A stretch of DNA of 64,000 nt from an uncultured Terriglobales bacterium (GTDB lineage Bacteria > Acidobacteriota > Terriglobia > Terriglobales > Acidobacteriaceae), in assembly GCA_964581225.1 (NCBI GenBank), contig CAZONJ010000005.1:3394-67393 (forward strand), written 5' to 3'. Under the pieces are notes generated by a model. It had not been told where the DNA came from, ran no database searches, and saw only the letters and a list, made by a program, of their open reading frames with translations. Every line of letters begins with the position of its first letter. Position 1 is the first letter of the stretch. Positions 62,994-64,000 of the stretch are shown one piece after another. The position numbers and the translations under genes were made by a program.

Positions 62994-64000
62994 TATTTTT
63001 TAGGCGATGAGGGGTTTCCAGCCTTTCCAGGTGTGGTCGATTTTGACGGGCTTGGAGGATACGGCCGAGAATTCAGTGTGGGCGGCTTCGCCTGCGGCTG
63101 CACTCCACCCGGACCGGCCTCAGTAGGCCCGAAATAGGCCTCGTTCAATTGGGCCTTGCTCGAATTCATCAGCTTGGCCATCTCGTCCTGCATCCGCTGC
63201 TTTTGCAATGTTCTCTTGATTTCTTCTTTGGCCGACTCCAGCGGGAGCTGCTCCTTCTTGTCGACCCGGTAGATCATGTAGCCCATTGGATCGGTGATGA
63301 CCTCTGAGACCTCGCCAGGCTTGAGGGCGAATACCTGCGATTCCACACTGGGAGGGAGTGCCCTGCCCCGGCGGACATGTTCCAGTTGCGTATTTGGTGC
63401 TGGATTCTTGTTCTTGAGCGCTTCCAGAACCCCTGCCTGGATCTTGGCGGGGTCTTCTCCCTTGATCAATTGCTGGCGCGCATTCTCGGCCACCTGCTTT
63501 GGATCCACGCTGGGTGTCGCCGGATTGGAAGCAGCCCCTGTATTCTCCGCTTCGGGGTTTGCTTTAGGAACAACGATGCGCGTGACCGTGAGATCTTGGA
63601 AGCTTCCGGCATTGTTGTCATAGTAAGCCTTGATGTCCGCATCGGAAACGTTGGTGGCGCTCTCTCTAAGCTTCTCGTCCCCCAATTGGGCCTCGGTCTG
63701 CAGCCGCATCAGCTTGAGCCGCTCCTGGAAACGGGGGTCCTGGTCCACGCCCAGCTTTTCTCCCTGTTTTGCCATGACTAACAGTTGCGCATACTGCTGC
63801 GCCATCATCTTGCGGGTCTGCATGTCCGCATTGGGCCGGAAGGCCTCCACCAGCTTTTCAAAGTCGGCCCGGCTTATCTGGGTGCGGCATTTTAAGGCGT
63901 CCGAGGCCGGCTGGGTATCGTCGCATAGCCCCTCGATGGTAATCACCGGGGTGTTGGCCGGCACCGCAGCTTCCGATGGCGGCGCGGCAGCGGATTTGGG
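62993..64000 (-). CDS. Parvulin-type peptidyl-prolyl isomerase (SurA/PpiD-like). The N-terminus is beyond the window end.
   Basis: The frame is open to base 64000. It has a chaperone-like helical region then a PpiC-like domain (LTVTRIVVP...ALKPGEVSEVITDPMGYMIYRV). Its TAA stop shares one nucleotide with the ATG of the next gene (TAATG). Confidence 0.6.
   Translation of the reverse strand, partial: PKSAAAPPSEAAVPANTPVITIEGLCDDTQPASDALKCRTQISRADFEKLVEAFRPNADMQTRKMMAQQYAQLLVMAKQGEKLGVDQDPRFQERLKLMRLQTEAQLGDEKLRESATNVSDADIKAYYDNNAGSFQDLTVTRIVVPKANPEAENTGAASNPATPSVDPKQVAENARQQLIKGEDPAKIQAGVLEALKNKNPAPNTQLEHVRRGRALPPSVESQVFALKPGEVSEVITDPMGYMIYRVDKKEQLPLESAKEEIKRTLQKQRMQDEMAKLMNSSKAQLNEAYFGPTEAGPGGVQPQAKPPTLNSRPYPPSPSKSTTPGKAGNPSSPKK

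Noticed and set aside
1-64000. Mobile genetic element, prophage, defence island or toxin-antitoxin content
   Set aside because: No integrase, transposase, recombinase, phage structural, restriction, Cas, reverse-transcriptase or small paired toxin/antitoxin genes were recognised. No flanking tRNA or long direct repeats were recognised either. The window looks like core chromosome.

Overview
This is a gene-dense, moderately GC-rich bacterial chromosomal segment with about 57 protein-coding genes. I recognised no rRNA, tRNA, CRISPR array, transposase, integrase or phage genes. Gene content and the intergenic repeat family look Acidobacteriota-like, but that is inference only. All calls were made by eye from motifs and the ORF track; no searches were run.

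Layout:
- (i) 1-22 kb, housekeeping and envelope genes: a partial secreted GH3, ilvA, aspA, three dispersed futalosine-pathway menaquinone genes (mqnC, an mqnD-like gene, mqnE), a processive GT2 synthase, an M24B aminopeptidase and bioY. The block also holds a Zn-ribbon membrane protein next to a Zn-ribbon M50 protease, an HPF-domain::ECF-sigma fusion, a secreted six-hairpin GH-like protein with a DUF5009 membrane acyltransferase, and a TolC-family protein.
- (ii) 22.2-36.9 kb, hopanoid island: hpnJ plus two half-size DMT genes on the + strand converge on an 11-gene minus-strand operon, ispH-shc-hpnH-orf147-hpnA-hpnG-adh-adh-hpnC-hpnD-hpnE.
- (iii) 37-44 kb: recN, then tolQ-tolR-tolA(TonB-like)-tolB-pal-cpoB.
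- (iv) 44-64 kb: an OmpR/histidine-kinase pair, treZ plus a glycogen debranching enzyme, a beta-propeller::phosphoesterase fusion, an aminotransferase, an M28 peptidase, DUF2231::Rieske, terC, nadB, aroB-ubiE, an SDR epimerase and a partial parvulin PPIase.

Most interesting leads:
- Two polyol-dehydrogenase-type Zn-ADH paralogs sit directly after hpnG inside the hopanoid operon. They are candidates for the genetically unassigned ribosylhopane-to-bacteriohopanetetrol reduction.
- An unknown 147-aa gene is translationally coupled to hpnH.
- hpnJ is followed by an ArnE/ArnF-like pair of half-size DMT genes, with no hpnI or hpnK in the window.
- An HPF(RaiA)-fold domain is fused to an ECF-type sigma factor.
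- A composite intergenic repeat occurs twice, and in both copies its GAAAC heptad module lies exactly 8 nt beyond the stop codon of a minus-strand gene.
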